Source: Phycisphaeraceae bacterium
GTDB lineage: Bacteria; Planctomycetota; Phycisphaerae; Phycisphaerales; Phycisphaeraceae
Length of the DNA: 64,000 nucleotides
Direction of reading: 5' to 3'
NCBI GenBank assembly: GCA_963674705.1
Contig: OY771506.1
Coordinates: 3,040,001 to 3,104,000 of the forward strand
Below are positions 10,092 to 19,799 of this stretch, in pieces. The position numbers and the translations under genes are program-made. Under the pieces are notes generated by a model. It was given only the letters and a program-made list of their open reading frames with translations, did not search any database and had not been told where the DNA came from. The stretch's first letter is position 1; each line of letters begins with the position of its first letter.

Positions 10092-10161
10092 CAGTAGGTC
10101 CGGGCCTGCCCGGACACAGGTCGCAGCCGATCAATATGTCCGGGCGGGCCCGGACCTACTG
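10092..10161. repeat. GTAG-family REP doublet (inverted pair)
   Basis: cagtaggtccgggcctgcccggaca ... tgtccgggcgggcccggacctactg: 25-bp inverted repeat with 1 mismatch; each arm is itself palindromic and begins GTAG. Confidence 0.75.
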
Positions 10162-10419
10162 GTCAATCTGAAAAGTAGTCACTCACAACTCCGTATGATT
10201 CAAGTGAGTTATGCACTTTCTTGCCTCGGTAGGTGGCCGGATTGGCTCAGTCGGCGGAAGTCTTTATCATGGCACCGCTTGATCGGAAATTAGGGCGGAT
10301 TCGACGAATGCACCGAGAATAGGCCTAGGAGCCCGACGCAACCCCATAAAAAGCAGGGGGTGGTCTTTTTGTTATCATGCCCCGCTTATGACGGACAGAT
10401 TCACGATGGAGTGTAACCC

Positions 10420-11286
10420 ATGAGCCAGACCCCCTTATCTCTGCCGCAACAACGCGGTATGGGCCAAACATCCCGGAAGGACGCCTGGTGGCTTCAGCCG
10501 CTGGTCGTGTTCCTGGGGTTGAGTGCGTTCGTGGTCTACTCGACCTGGGCGGCTTTCCAGGGGGCCCACTACGAGTTCGGCCCGTATCTCTCGCCGATGT
10601 ACTCACCGCTACTGTTTAACGCAGGCACAGCCTTCGGCGAAGCCAGCCTCGGACATCACACCTGGTTTGGCGATTGGCCGGGCTGGATCCCGTCGATCAT
10701 CCCGGCTTCCCCGGCGCTGATCATCCTGACGATTCCCGCCGGCTTCCGCTTCACCTGCTACTACTACCGCGGTGCATACTACAAAGCCTTCTGGGCCGAC
10801 CCGCTGAACTGTGCGGTCGGCGAGCCGCGTAACGGCTACCGTGGCGAGCAGTTCTGGCCCTTGCTGATGCAGAACATCCACCGCTACCTGTTCTACTTAG
10901 CCGCGCTTTATATCGTCATCCTGGGCTACGACGCCTGGGTAGGCATGTGGTACCACCCTGACTGGGCCGAGAAGGGCGGCAAGATGCTGTTCGGGCAGGA
11001 ATTCCGCGAGGGCTTTGGCATCGGTGTCGGCACGCTGGTGCTGATCCTGAACGTCATCCTGCTGGGCGGTTATACCTTCGGCTGCCATTGTGCCAGGCAC
11101 TTCTCCGGTGGCTTTAAAGACAAGATCACCGAAGTGGCCTGGGGCAAGAAGCCGTATCACTGCATTAGTTGTTTGAACCGTAACCACATGAAGTGGGCGT
11201 GGTGCAGCCTGATTTGGGTGGGCTTTACCGACTTTTATATCCGCATGGTATCGATGGGCTTTTGGACCGACTGGAGACTATTCTAA
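10420..11286 (+). CDS. sdhC: Succinate dehydrogenase membrane anchor, actinobacterial Sdh1 (Rv0249c)-type
   Basis: RKDAWW, YLSPMYSP, FRFTCYYYRGAYY, QNIHRY, GCHCARH; directly upstream of sdhA/sdhB. Confidence 0.8.
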   Translation: MSQTPLSLPQQRGMGQTSRKDAWWLQPLVVFLGLSAFVVYSTWAAFQGAHYEFGPYLSPMYSPLLFNAGTAFGEASLGHHTWFGDWPGWIPSIIPASPALIILTIPAGFRFTCYYYRGAYYKAFWADPLNCAVGEPRNGYRGEQFWPLLMQNIHRYLFYLAALYIVILGYDAWVGMWYHPDWAEKGGKMLFGQEFREGFGIGVGTLVLILNVILLGGYTFGCHCARHFSGGFKDKITEVAWGKKPYHCISCLNRNHMKWAWCSLIWVGFTDFYIRMVSMGFWTDWRLF

Positions 11287-11288
11287 AG

Positions 11289-13103
11289 ATGCGCGAATTC
11301 ACGACACACGAACACGACGTGCTGGTGATCGGCGCCGGGGGAGCGGGCCTGCGAGCTGCCATTGAAGCGTCCGCTCAGGGTGTGAGTTGCGGCCTGGTCT
11401 GCAAGTCGCTGCTGGGTAAGGCCCACACCGTGATGGCCGAGGGCGGCATGGCCGCAGCGCTGGCGAACGTCGATGAACGCGATAGCTGGACGACCCACTT
11501 CGCCGACACGATGCGCGGCGGACAATACCTGAACAACTGGCGCATGGCCGAGTTGCACGCCAAGGAAGCACCGGACCGCGTCAAGGAACTGGAAGCCTGG
11601 GGCGCCGTCATGGACCGCACGAAGGATGGCAAGATCCTTCAGCGTAACTTCGGCGGGCACAAGTACCCACGCCTGGCACACGTCGGCGACCGCACGGGTC
11701 TGGAAATGATCCGAACCCTGCAAGATCACAGCATCCATCAGGGCATCGACGTCCACATGGAAGTGACCGTGATCGACCTCTTAAAGGACGGCGATCGCGT
11801 CGTCGGCGCGTTCGCTTACGAGCGTGAGCACGGTCGATTCATCGTCTTCAAGGCCAAGGCTGTGGTGCTCGCCACCGGCGGGATCGGCCGGGCCTTCAAG
11901 GTCACCAGCAACAGTTGGGAATATACCGGCGACGGCCACGCGCTGGCTTACCACGCCGGCGCGGACCTGATGGATATGGAGTTCATCCAGTTCCACCCGA
12001 CCGGCATGGTCTGGCCCCCCAGCGTGCGTGGCATCCTCGTGACCGAGGGCGTCCGCGGCGAAGGCGGCATCCTCAAGAACAGCGAAGGTCGTCGGTTCAT
12101 GTTCGACGACATCCCGGATGCATACAAGAGTTCGACTTCGGACAACGAAGAAGAAGGTTGGCGTTACGTCACGGGTGATAAGACTGCCCGCCGACCACCT
12201 GAACTGCTGACGCGCGACCACGTCGCCCGCTGCATCGTCCGTGAAGTCAAAGCGGGGCGAGGCTCACCGCACGGCGGCGTGTTCCTGGACATCGCGTGGA
12301 TCAAGGAGCACATCAAGGACTCCGAAAACCACATCAAGAAGAAGCTGCCGAGCATGTACCACCAGTTCAAGGAGCTGGCGGGCTTGGACATCACCAAGGA
12401 GCCGATGGAAATCGGCCCGACGACGCACTACGTCATGGGCGGGATCAAGGTCGACAGCGACACGCAGATGTCGACCGTGCCGGGCCTGTTCGCCGCGGGC
12501 GAATGTGCTGTCGGTCTGCACGGCGCCAACCGTCTTGGTGGCAACTCACTGAGCGACCTTGTCGTCTTCGGCAAGCGTGCCGGTGAATACGCCGCGAAGT
12601 ATGCCAAGGAGAACTCGGCCGGCATGATCAGCCAGGATCAGGTCGAGCAGATCGCCAACTGGGCGGAAGCCCCGTTCGATCGCGGCGCCGATGCTGAGAA
12701 TCCGTTCACGATCCAGAGCGATCTTCAAGTCATGATGCAGGACAAGGTCGGCATTGTGCGTGAAGAGAAGGAGCTGCTTGAGGCGTTGGATGGTCTTGAG
12801 AAGTTCAAGGCCCGCGCCGAGCATGCCGCCGCCGATGTCAACCGCGATTACAACCCCGGCTGGCACACGGCGATGGACCTGCGTTGTCTGCTGACCGTGT
12901 CCGAAGCGTCGGCACGGTGTGCACTGGAACGCAAGGAGTCCCGCGGTGCCCACACCCGCCTCGACCATCCGGATAAGAGCGAGCAAGAGGCGAAGGTCAA
13001 CAACGTGGTACGTAAAGGTCCGGACGGGCGGATGCAGATCGAGCGTGTTCCGCTAACGCCGATCCGTGAGGACCTTCAGCAGATCATCGAGGAGAACAAG
13101 TAA
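11289..13103 (+). CDS. sdhA: Succinate dehydrogenase/fumarate reductase flavoprotein subunit
   Basis: VIGAGGAG, AHTVMAEGG (FAD-His), QFHPTG, TEGVRGEGG, HGANRLGGNSL, ESRGAH. Confidence 0.95.
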   Translation: MREFTTHEHDVLVIGAGGAGLRAAIEASAQGVSCGLVCKSLLGKAHTVMAEGGMAAALANVDERDSWTTHFADTMRGGQYLNNWRMAELHAKEAPDRVKELEAWGAVMDRTKDGKILQRNFGGHKYPRLAHVGDRTGLEMIRTLQDHSIHQGIDVHMEVTVIDLLKDGDRVVGAFAYEREHGRFIVFKAKAVVLATGGIGRAFKVTSNSWEYTGDGHALAYHAGADLMDMEFIQFHPTGMVWPPSVRGILVTEGVRGEGGILKNSEGRRFMFDDIPDAYKSSTSDNEEEGWRYVTGDKTARRPPELLTRDHVARCIVREVKAGRGSPHGGVFLDIAWIKEHIKDSENHIKKKLPSMYHQFKELAGLDITKEPMEIGPTTHYVMGGIKVDSDTQMSTVPGLFAAGECAVGLHGANRLGGNSLSDLVVFGKRAGEYAAKYAKENSAGMISQDQVEQIANWAEAPFDRGADAENPFTIQSDLQVMMQDKVGIVREEKELLEALDGLEKFKARAEHAAADVNRDYNPGWHTAMDLRCLLTVSEASARCALERKESRGAHTRLDHPDKSEQEAKVNNVVRKGPDGRMQIERVPLTPIREDLQQIIEENK

Positions 13104-13870
13104 TGGCCAAGGTCACCTTCAAGATATGGCGGGGGACCAAGGATGAGGGGAAGTTCCAGGACTTCCAGACCGAGGTCACCGAGGGCATGGTGGTTCTCGA
13201 TGCGGTGCATCAGATCCAGGCCGAGAGCGCCCCGGACCTTGCATGCCGATGGAACTGCAAGGCCGGCAAGTGCGGTTCGTGTTCTGCTGAAGTCAACGGC
13301 ATGCCCAAGCTCATGTGCATGACCCGGATGGATACGATCGACACATCGCAGCCCGTGACCATCGAGCCGATGCAGACATTCCCGCTGATCCGCGACCTGG
13401 TTACGGATGTGAGTTGGAACTTCGAGGTCAAAAAGAAGATCAAGCCGTTCAAGCCGCGTAAGCCGGACAATGAAGACGGCACGTGGAACATGCAGCAGGA
13501 CGATGTCGACCGCGTGCAGGAGTTCCGCAAGTGCATCGAGTGCTTCCTGTGCCAGAACGTCTGTCACGTGACGCGCGACCACCACAAACACGCAGAATTC
13601 ATCGGCCCGCGCTTCTTCATCTACAACGCCCAGCTGGAAATGCACCCGCTGGATACCGAAGACCGCCTGGGTGATCTGAAAGACGAGAACGGCATCGGCT
13701 ACTGCAACATCACCAAGTGCTGCACGAAGGTCTGCCCCGAACACATCGCCATCACCGACAACGCCATCATCCCACTGAAGGAACGCGTGGTGGACGAGTA
13801 CTACGACCCAATCCGCAAGCTGTTCAAGATCTTCAAGCCGAAGAAGCCGGACAAGGAAGCCGGGAAGTAG
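13103..13870 (+). CDS. sdhB: Succinate dehydrogenase/fumarate reductase iron-sulfur subunit
   Basis: CKAGKCGSC...C, CIECFLCQNVC, CNITKCCTKVCP. Confidence 0.95.
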   Translation: MAKVTFKIWRGTKDEGKFQDFQTEVTEGMVVLDAVHQIQAESAPDLACRWNCKAGKCGSCSAEVNGMPKLMCMTRMDTIDTSQPVTIEPMQTFPLIRDLVTDVSWNFEVKKKIKPFKPRKPDNEDGTWNMQQDDVDRVQEFRKCIECFLCQNVCHVTRDHHKHAEFIGPRFFIYNAQLEMHPLDTEDRLGDLKDENGIGYCNITKCCTKVCPEHIAITDNAIIPLKERVVDEYYDPIRKLFKIFKPKKPDKEAGK

Positions 13871-13899
13871 GTTACTACCTCATTGATAAGAATCACGAT

Positions 13900-14496
13900 T
13901 AGCCCCACCCGGAAGGGTGGGGTTTTTGTTGGTAATTCAATTATGCATGAACTCTCGCATAGTATGTGCCTGACTTCTATGATGATGAATAATGAAAAAG
14001 AAGCTCATCTATCGCGCCGGGATAATATTCATCCTCATTTTTACATTTGTGGTTACAGCGTTTTTTCTGTTGTTTACACCAAAGAAAAATATTGAAAGGA
14101 TGCTTGGTGCCTCTCTGCCATGGGATGCACAGGTTCTTGAGTTTGAAGATCATGCGGGTATGTTTGGTGGTGAATATTATTTTTCAGTGGCAATGAAGCC
14201 CAATGAATACGAGGCATACACACTTGCGGTTGGTCTATACCATGACCCGGAATTGCTGACGCAATGGCCGGATGCCTTGTCTCTAACTCCACTACCCACG
14301 TGGTGGACAAATAACACGAGCGTGAACGAGCAGACTCGATATGTGGATAAGCCTGACCAATCAATGTGTGTTGTTACACAGTATGAAGATGGTGTGATGT
14401 ATTGCAGGGTTCAGGTTTATTAGCGTTTGGCCGATAGCGCAAGAATGTTGAGCAAAGATTGATTAAAAGAAAACCCCACCCTTCCGGGTGGGGCTA
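13900..14496. repeat. Perfect 27-bp inverted repeat pair (REP-like hairpins) bracketing one gene
   Basis: tagccccacccggaagggtggggtttt (13900-13926) and its exact reverse complement (14470-14496). Confidence 0.85.
13992..14423 (+). CDS. Hypothetical membrane-anchored protein, low GC
   Basis: 143 aa, basic N-terminus plus one TM helix; AT-rich codons. Confidence 0.65.
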   Translation: MKKKLIYRAGIIFILIFTFVVTAFFLLFTPKKNIERMLGASLPWDAQVLEFEDHAGMFGGEYYFSVAMKPNEYEAYTLAVGLYHDPELLTQWPDALSLTPLPTWWTNNTSVNEQTRYVDKPDQSMCVVTQYEDGVMYCRVQVY

Positions 14497-14929
14497 TTTT
14501 GTGTAATGCTGTCTGTATGCAGGTCGTCGTTACGCCGTTGGTCATTATGACATCATGAGCTGGGCGCCAACGGCCTGATTAATGTCTGACGTATAGCCCA
14601 AGGTGGGTAGAGGACAATAAAAGTAGCAATCGTTAGCACTGCACCCATGGTCAGCCATCCATCGAAATTCATGCCACGGGTGAAGTCATCTCGTAACGTT
14701 GCAGTGAGCACAGCGGCGAATGTTGGCCCCCAGGCAAAGCCGATTACCAAGGCAATTAATAAGGCAAAGCGATATAGTTTGAATGATGTCATCAATGCGA
14801 TAACAACCAAAAGTAATCCACCAAGATAGAACAGGGGTGCTCCAACTTGTATGGGAAGCATCATCGTCACATTCAAGACGATAAATGAAGTGACGAAAGA
14901 GGCGGTCATAGCCAACATTAATGTGACTA

Positions 14930-15829
14930 GAGCCTGTTTCAAAACCATATAGTTTCTAAACTTGCGCCCTTGGCGCACTTATGATCCAATCGGCCATGGG
15001 AAGGAGCCCTTTTCATGGCACGACACGATTCAGAACTCACGGACGAACAGTGGAACAAGATCGAACCGCTGCTGCCTAAGGTTAAGCCGTCACCCAAAGG
15101 CGGGCGTAAACGCGTCAGCGATCGGCGGTGCTTCGAAGGCATCTTGTGGGTGCTGCGCAGCGGCGCGCGTTGGAAAGACTTACCCGCGCAGTACCCGTCG
15201 CCGAGCACGTGCTGGCGCAGATTACGCGATTGGGAAGACGCCGATGTCTGGCTCTTGATCTGGCGTGCATCCCTGGGCGAGTTGGATGAACAAGGCCGAC
15301 TCGATTGGGAAGAAACATTCGCCGACGGCAGCTTTGCCCCGGCAAAAAAAGGGGCCTGTGCGTCGGCAAGACCAAACGCGGCAAGGGTACAAAGTGGATG
15401 GTGGTGGCAAGCGGCCAAGGTATTCCTCTGGGAGTTCAACTCACCTCGGCGTCCCCGCACGAAGCGACGCTGATCGAGTCCACGCTTCAGCGTGTGGCCG
15501 TGCCGCGTGCGGGCAGAGGCCGACCCCGCAAGAACCCCAGGCGACTGGTTTACGACAAGGCCGCCGACAGCGACCCGTTGCGCAAGCGTCTCAAGCGTCG
15601 TGGCATCGACCTGATCTGCCCGCACAAGACCAACCGGATCAAACCCGCGACACAGGACGGACGCAAGCTTCGGCGGTACAAGCGCCGCTGGAAAATCGAA
15701 CGCAGCATCGCCTGGATCGGCAACTTCCGCCGGCTGGTCGTGCGTTACGAACGGCAAATCAAGATGTATCAGGCGTTCTTCCACGTCGCATGCCTACTGA
15801 TTACACTGAGACAGTTTTGAAACAGGTTC
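14930..15829 (+). mobile_element. IS5-family (IS427-like) insertion sequence, 900 bp
   Basis: 15-bp terminal inverted repeats gagcctgtttcaaaa / ttttgaaacaggttc, TA duplication at 14928-29 and 15830-31, two overlapping ORFs. Confidence 0.92.
15015..15820 (+). CDS. IS5-family transposase, two ORFs joined by a probable -1 frameshift
   Basis: ORF A LTDEQW...GILWVLRSGARWKDLP..YPSPSTCWRR; ORF B YDKAADS...YKRRWKIERSIAW; slippery A7-GGGG at 15344-15354 in the overlap. Confidence 0.88.
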
Positions 15830-16006
15830 TACTAGTTCTTTAACAATTGTTGGTGACCGAGGACTAAGGTTGTATGTGATGTCATTATTTAGATCATAGG
15901 GACGTTTACAGGATGAGCATTGACCCGTTGGCTTATCAATCAGCCTCTGGCCGCACTTCATGCAATAATATTTGACATCATCCCCCATAGATCATCCCTT
16001 GTGGTA

Positions 16007-16438
16007 TCACGCTGTCGGGCGCTGCGACATTGTCAGTTGAACGTAGCGGTTGCGCAGTTCGTACAAAGTCGTGGCGAGCATGTCGGATTCTTCTTTGCTG
16101 AGGTTGCCCTTGGTTTTTTCTTCGAGGACGGCGAGCATGTCGATGTGGTGGCGGGCGAGGTCGAGGTGGGCGATGCGTTGGCCGGTCTGGGGGTCGGGGA
16201 TGGCGCCCATGGCGAAGAGGGCCTGCGTGGTCATCGTGCTGACGAGCGATTCGAAGTTGGCGGGGGGCAACTGGTAGCCGCCTGCACCTGCCTCGGAAGC
16301 GGCGCTAGCACCGGTACCGGCAGTGTTCGTGGTGCTATCCTGCTTGGCTTTGGCTTGCTGAGCGAGTTTTTCCTTCTCGGCCTGGGCCTGGGCTTTCCAG
16401 TCGTCATCCACAATAATCTTCGGGGCTTCGTCTGACAT
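16007..16438 (-). CDS. DUF1844 domain protein
   Basis: KIIVDDDWK...LPPANF...LDLARHHIDMLAVLEEKTKGNL..EE...LYELR. Confidence 0.85.
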   Translation of the reverse strand: MSDEAPKIIVDDDWKAQAQAEKEKLAQQAKAKQDSTTNTAGTGASAASEAGAGGYQLPPANFESLVSTMTTQALFAMGAIPDPQTGQRIAHLDLARHHIDMLAVLEEKTKGNLSKEESDMLATTLYELRNRYVQLTMSQRPTA

Positions 16439-16480
16439 TGCTAACTCCTGTTGGTCGAATCTTGGGGTATTTTAGCAGAT

Positions 16481-16604
16481 TAACCGCGAAGGCGCGAAGA
16501 GCGCGAAGATGCGGCGTAATAGCCGCAAATAAACGCGAATATACGCTAATACGAATTAAGAAGCTGTTCTTCTATTTGCGTCTATTAGCGTTCATTCGCG
16601 GCTA
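16481..16604. repeat. 9-bp-periodic inverted intergenic repeats
   Basis: aaccgcgaaggcgcgaagagcgcgaag, then agccgcaaataaacgcgaatatacgctaat with its inverted copy atttgcgtctattagcgttcattcgcggct. Confidence 0.7.
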
Positions 16605-17546
16605 AGTAGTTGTGTTTCCTGCCAACACACGCAAACTCACCGGTAGATTGAAGCTCATGTTTTCTTCGATGATGGTGGCGTTTTCGATGGTGCCGCCGTG
16701 GTTGTGGATGAGGGTTTGGACGATCTGCTGGACAAGGTGCTCAGGGGCGCTTGCGCCGGCGGTGACCAGGACGGTGTTGACACCTTCAAACCACTCGGCG
16801 TTCAATTCGCCGGCATCGTCGAGCAGGCGTGCGGGCGTCCCTACGTTCTTGGCGATCTCGGTCAGGCGGACGGAGTTGGAGCTGTTCTGTGAACCAACGA
16901 CAAGGACGAGGTCTGCATCGGGCGATAGTTCGCGAACCGCACGCTGACGATTCGTCGTCGCATAACAGATATCTTCGCTCGGTGGTTCCTTGACCTGCGG
17001 GTAGTGCTTGCGGATCGCGGCGATGATGCGCTGGGCATCGTCGACGCTGAGCGTGGTTTGCGTGAGGTACGCGATCGGGTCGTCCTGCGTGAAGGGAAGC
17101 GCCGCGACGTCTTCGGGGCTTTCGACGATGGTGATCGCGCCGGGTGCTTCGCCGACCGTGCCGACGACTTCATCGTGACCGGCGTGACCGATCAGGAGGA
17201 TGTTGTAGCCTTGCCTGGCGTAGCGCAGCGCTTCCATGTGGACCTTGGTGACCAGCGGGCAGGTCGCGTCAATCATGGTGCAGCCGCGTGCCTTGGCATC
17301 GTTGCGTATCTGCGGGCTTACGCCGTGGGCGCTGAAGACGACGGTGGCGTTTTCAGGCACGTCCGCGATGGAGTCGACGAAAATGACGCCTTGCTCGACG
17401 AAGTGTTCGACGACGTGGCGGTTGTGGACGATCTCGTGGTAGACGTACAGCGGTGTGCCGACGATCTTGACCGCCTGCTCGACGGTCTGGATCGCCATTT
17501 CAACACCGGCACAGAAGCCGCGCGGGTTTGCAAGGATGACCTTCAT
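16602..17546 (-). CDS. ispH: 4-hydroxy-3-methylbut-2-enyl diphosphate reductase
   Basis: PRGFCAGV, HEIVHN, FSAHGV, DATCPLV, TQTT, ICYATTNRQ, SSNS, TAGASAPE. Confidence 0.97.
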   Translation of the reverse strand: MKVILANPRGFCAGVEMAIQTVEQAVKIVGTPLYVYHEIVHNRHVVEHFVEQGVIFVDSIADVPENATVVFSAHGVSPQIRNDAKARGCTMIDATCPLVTKVHMEALRYARQGYNILLIGHAGHDEVVGTVGEAPGAITIVESPEDVAALPFTQDDPIAYLTQTTLSVDDAQRIIAAIRKHYPQVKEPPSEDICYATTNRQRAVRELSPDADLVLVVGSQNSSNSVRLTEIAKNVGTPARLLDDAGELNAEWFEGVNTVLVTAGASAPEHLVQQIVQTLIHNHGGTIENATIIEENMSFNLPVSLRVLAGNTTT

Positions 17547-17594
17547 CGGTGCATGGTAGGGGGGATGGCTTGAGTGAATCAAGCGGCGTGTTTA

Positions 17595-17712
17595 CCCCCT
17601 CTCCCCTCGGGAGAGGGTCGGGGGTGAGGGCCGGTGTCTTTGTGTGAACAATCTAAAACTGGGCGATCAATCACCCGGCCCTCATCCTAATCTTCTCCCA
17701 AGGGGAGAAGGG
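17595..17712. repeat. Inverted pair of CCCCTCTCCC...GGGAGAGGG REP-like palindromes
   Basis: ccccctctcccctcgggagagggtcgggggtgagggccgg ... ccggccctcatcctaatcttctcccaaggggagaaggg. Confidence 0.7.
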
Positions 17713-17728
17713 ACCGGAGAAGATATGG

Positions 17729-18601
17729 TCAGGGGCAGGCATCTGTGACAGTCTGGACATCCAGCCAGTTCATTTCGGCCGGGGCTGGTGGGGCGAGGAT
17801 GGTGACGGCGGGGCCGACGGGGGCCCACATGGTGGGGTTAGTCGGGCCGAAGAGCGCGACGGTCGGCAGGCCCATCTGTGCGGCGAGATGCGATGGGCCC
17901 GAATCGTTGCCTATGAAGGCGGAGGCGTCGAGTAATGTGGCGTGCAGTTGGTCAATGGATTCGAGGATGCGTGCGCCGAGCTGATCCCGCCAGCGTTCGA
18001 GTTGATCGGCGGGCCAATGCTCGACTTCGGTTTCGCCAAGTAATGGTAAGACGGTGCGGCCGTTGTTAATGAGTTTGTCGATCAGTTCTTCAAACCTATC
18101 AGCCGGCCAACACTTGGTGGGGCTGCCGCTGCCGGGATGGATCACGATCGGGCCGTCGGGATTGGCGTAGGTATCGGGCTGTTTCGGTGGGGCGAGGTCG
18201 AGGCCTTGCTGCTGGGCTTGCTGAGCGTGCCAGTTAGTGATGTGGTTCGTGAAGTCTTCGGCGGGGCGGGGATCGATGTAGATGCACTTTGCTTGCGGGG
18301 ATAGTCGAGCGACGTTGATTGCCCAGTCGTCCTTGCCTGTGCTGACGAAGCTGATGATGTTATCTGCGGTTTCGAATAGTTCGCCGACCGCGGGGCTGAC
18401 GGAGGTGGGCCCGCCCTCTGAGTGCAGACGCATGAACTCCCACATCTGGATGTCCATGGTCGTGATGCCGTCGATCATTCGGCCGGCGACGGCCCCGCGC
18501 TGCCAGGTTGTTAGCAGTGTGATCGGGCGGGTTAACCGGCGGATCAGCGGGAGCGTGAGGATGAAGTCTCCCAGGGCGCCGTAATGGAATAGCAGGTTCA
18601 T
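17729..18601 (-). CDS. Glycosyltransferase family 9 (heptosyltransferase-like)
   Basis: GALGDFILTLP, IHPGSGSPTKCWP, FIGNDSGPSHLAA, VALFGPT. Confidence 0.92.
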   Translation of the reverse strand: MNLLFHYGALGDFILTLPLIRRLTRPITLLTTWQRGAVAGRMIDGITTMDIQMWEFMRLHSEGGPTSVSPAVGELFETADNIISFVSTGKDDWAINVARLSPQAKCIYIDPRPAEDFTNHITNWHAQQAQQQGLDLAPPKQPDTYANPDGPIVIHPGSGSPTKCWPADRFEELIDKLINNGRTVLPLLGETEVEHWPADQLERWRDQLGARILESIDQLHATLLDASAFIGNDSGPSHLAAQMGLPTVALFGPTNPTMWAPVGPAVTILAPPAPAEMNWLDVQTVTDACP

Positions 18602-18807
18602 CGTGATCGCTTCGGTTTAGCGTTGTCTTTGCGTCATCATAGCCGCTGAAAATCCGGGTGGCTGCTTCCGATAATAACGCGATTCCGACTGCTGGGTGGA
18701 GCCTTCCTTAAGCGGCGAGCCGATCGGGCCGACCTCTATCCCGGAGCGGCGTGGAAGGCCCCGTTACGTTTGGGGCAGCGTCCGCCATAATCCTGATCCA
18801 CGGCGAA

Positions 18808-19698
18808 ATGGCTATGGCGAGTAAACGTGTCAAGAGTGGCTTGGAGATCTACCTTAAACAGATCGATGAGTCCCCTCTATTGACGGCGGACGAGGAGAAA
18901 GAACTCTGCCGCAATATTATCGAAAGAAACTGCATGGCCTCGCGCGAGCGGATGGTCCGGTCGAACCTGCGCCTCGTCGTTTCCATCGCCAAACGCTACA
19001 TGAATCGCGGCCTGCCGTTGACCGACCTGATCGAAGAGGGCAACATCGGCCTGATGAAAGCGGTCGAAGGTTTCAATCCCGATATGGGGGCGCGTTTCTC
19101 GACTTATGGCACGTGGTGGATCAAGCAGGGCATCAAACGCGCACTGATCAACGCGGTGCAGCCGATCCATATCCCTGCATACATGGTGGAATTGATCGCC
19201 CGGTGGAAGAAGACTTCTTCGGAACTGGAAGAAGAACTCGGCCGTCAGCCTAATATCCATGAACTGTCTGAGCGGATGGAACTGCCTGTGAAGAAGGTGC
19301 GCATCATCCACAAGGCGGTGCGTGCGTTCCAACGTCCACCACAGACCGGCGGCAGCGGGGCGGAGGGTGATGGCCCGACGTTGTCGGAAATGCTCAGTGA
19401 TGAACGTGGCCTGACGCCTGACGAGCAGGTGCTGCTGGATGATGATCTGGAAACGATCGCTATCCTGCTGACCGCGATCGACGACCGCGAAGCAACAATC
19501 CTGCGTCTTCGTTACGGCCTCGACGGCAACGAACCTTTGACGCTCAAGGAGATCGGCAAACACGTCGGGCTGACGCGAGAGCGCGTGCGACAGATCGAAG
19601 CCGAGGCGCTGCGCAAACTCAACGCCAAACTCAACAGCGATCGCCCGCTGGCTTCGGTGAGGCCGGAAGGCAAGCCGGGGAATCGCCGCACGGCGTGA
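18808..19698 (+). CDS. RNA polymerase sigma-70 family factor (RpoD/RpoS-like, lacking region 1.1)
   Basis: YLKQI..PLLTADEE, NLRLVVSIAKRY, DLIEEGNIGL, FSTYGTWWI, TLKEIG..GLTRERVRQIE. Confidence 0.93.
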   Translation: MAMASKRVKSGLEIYLKQIDESPLLTADEEKELCRNIIERNCMASRERMVRSNLRLVVSIAKRYMNRGLPLTDLIEEGNIGLMKAVEGFNPDMGARFSTYGTWWIKQGIKRALINAVQPIHIPAYMVELIARWKKTSSELEEELGRQPNIHELSERMELPVKKVRIIHKAVRAFQRPPQTGGSGAEGDGPTLSEMLSDERGLTPDEQVLLDDDLETIAILLTAIDDREATILRLRYGLDGNEPLTLKEIGKHVGLTRERVRQIEAEALRKLNAKLNSDRPLASVRPEGKPGNRRTA

Positions 19699-19799
19699 TC
19701 ACTTCAATTGGCCGCAAAAGAACGCAAATGCACGTGAATTCAAGGTGCATTGCGCTCTTGTGTATTGGTGCTTAATATTGACTTGAGTTCAATCCACAT

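Larger units (their letters stand above)
14553..15988 (-). pseudogene. Zn-ribbon + multi-TM membrane protein gene split by an IS5-family insertion
   Basis: Removing 14930-15829 and one TA joins MGDDVKYYCMKC...CSSC...KELV in frame to VTLMLAMTASF... (~177 aa). Confidence 0.8.

Noticed and set aside
14939..15784. 281-aa minus-strand ORF inside the IS
   Set aside because: Antisense to the IS5 transposase; no independent evidence of function
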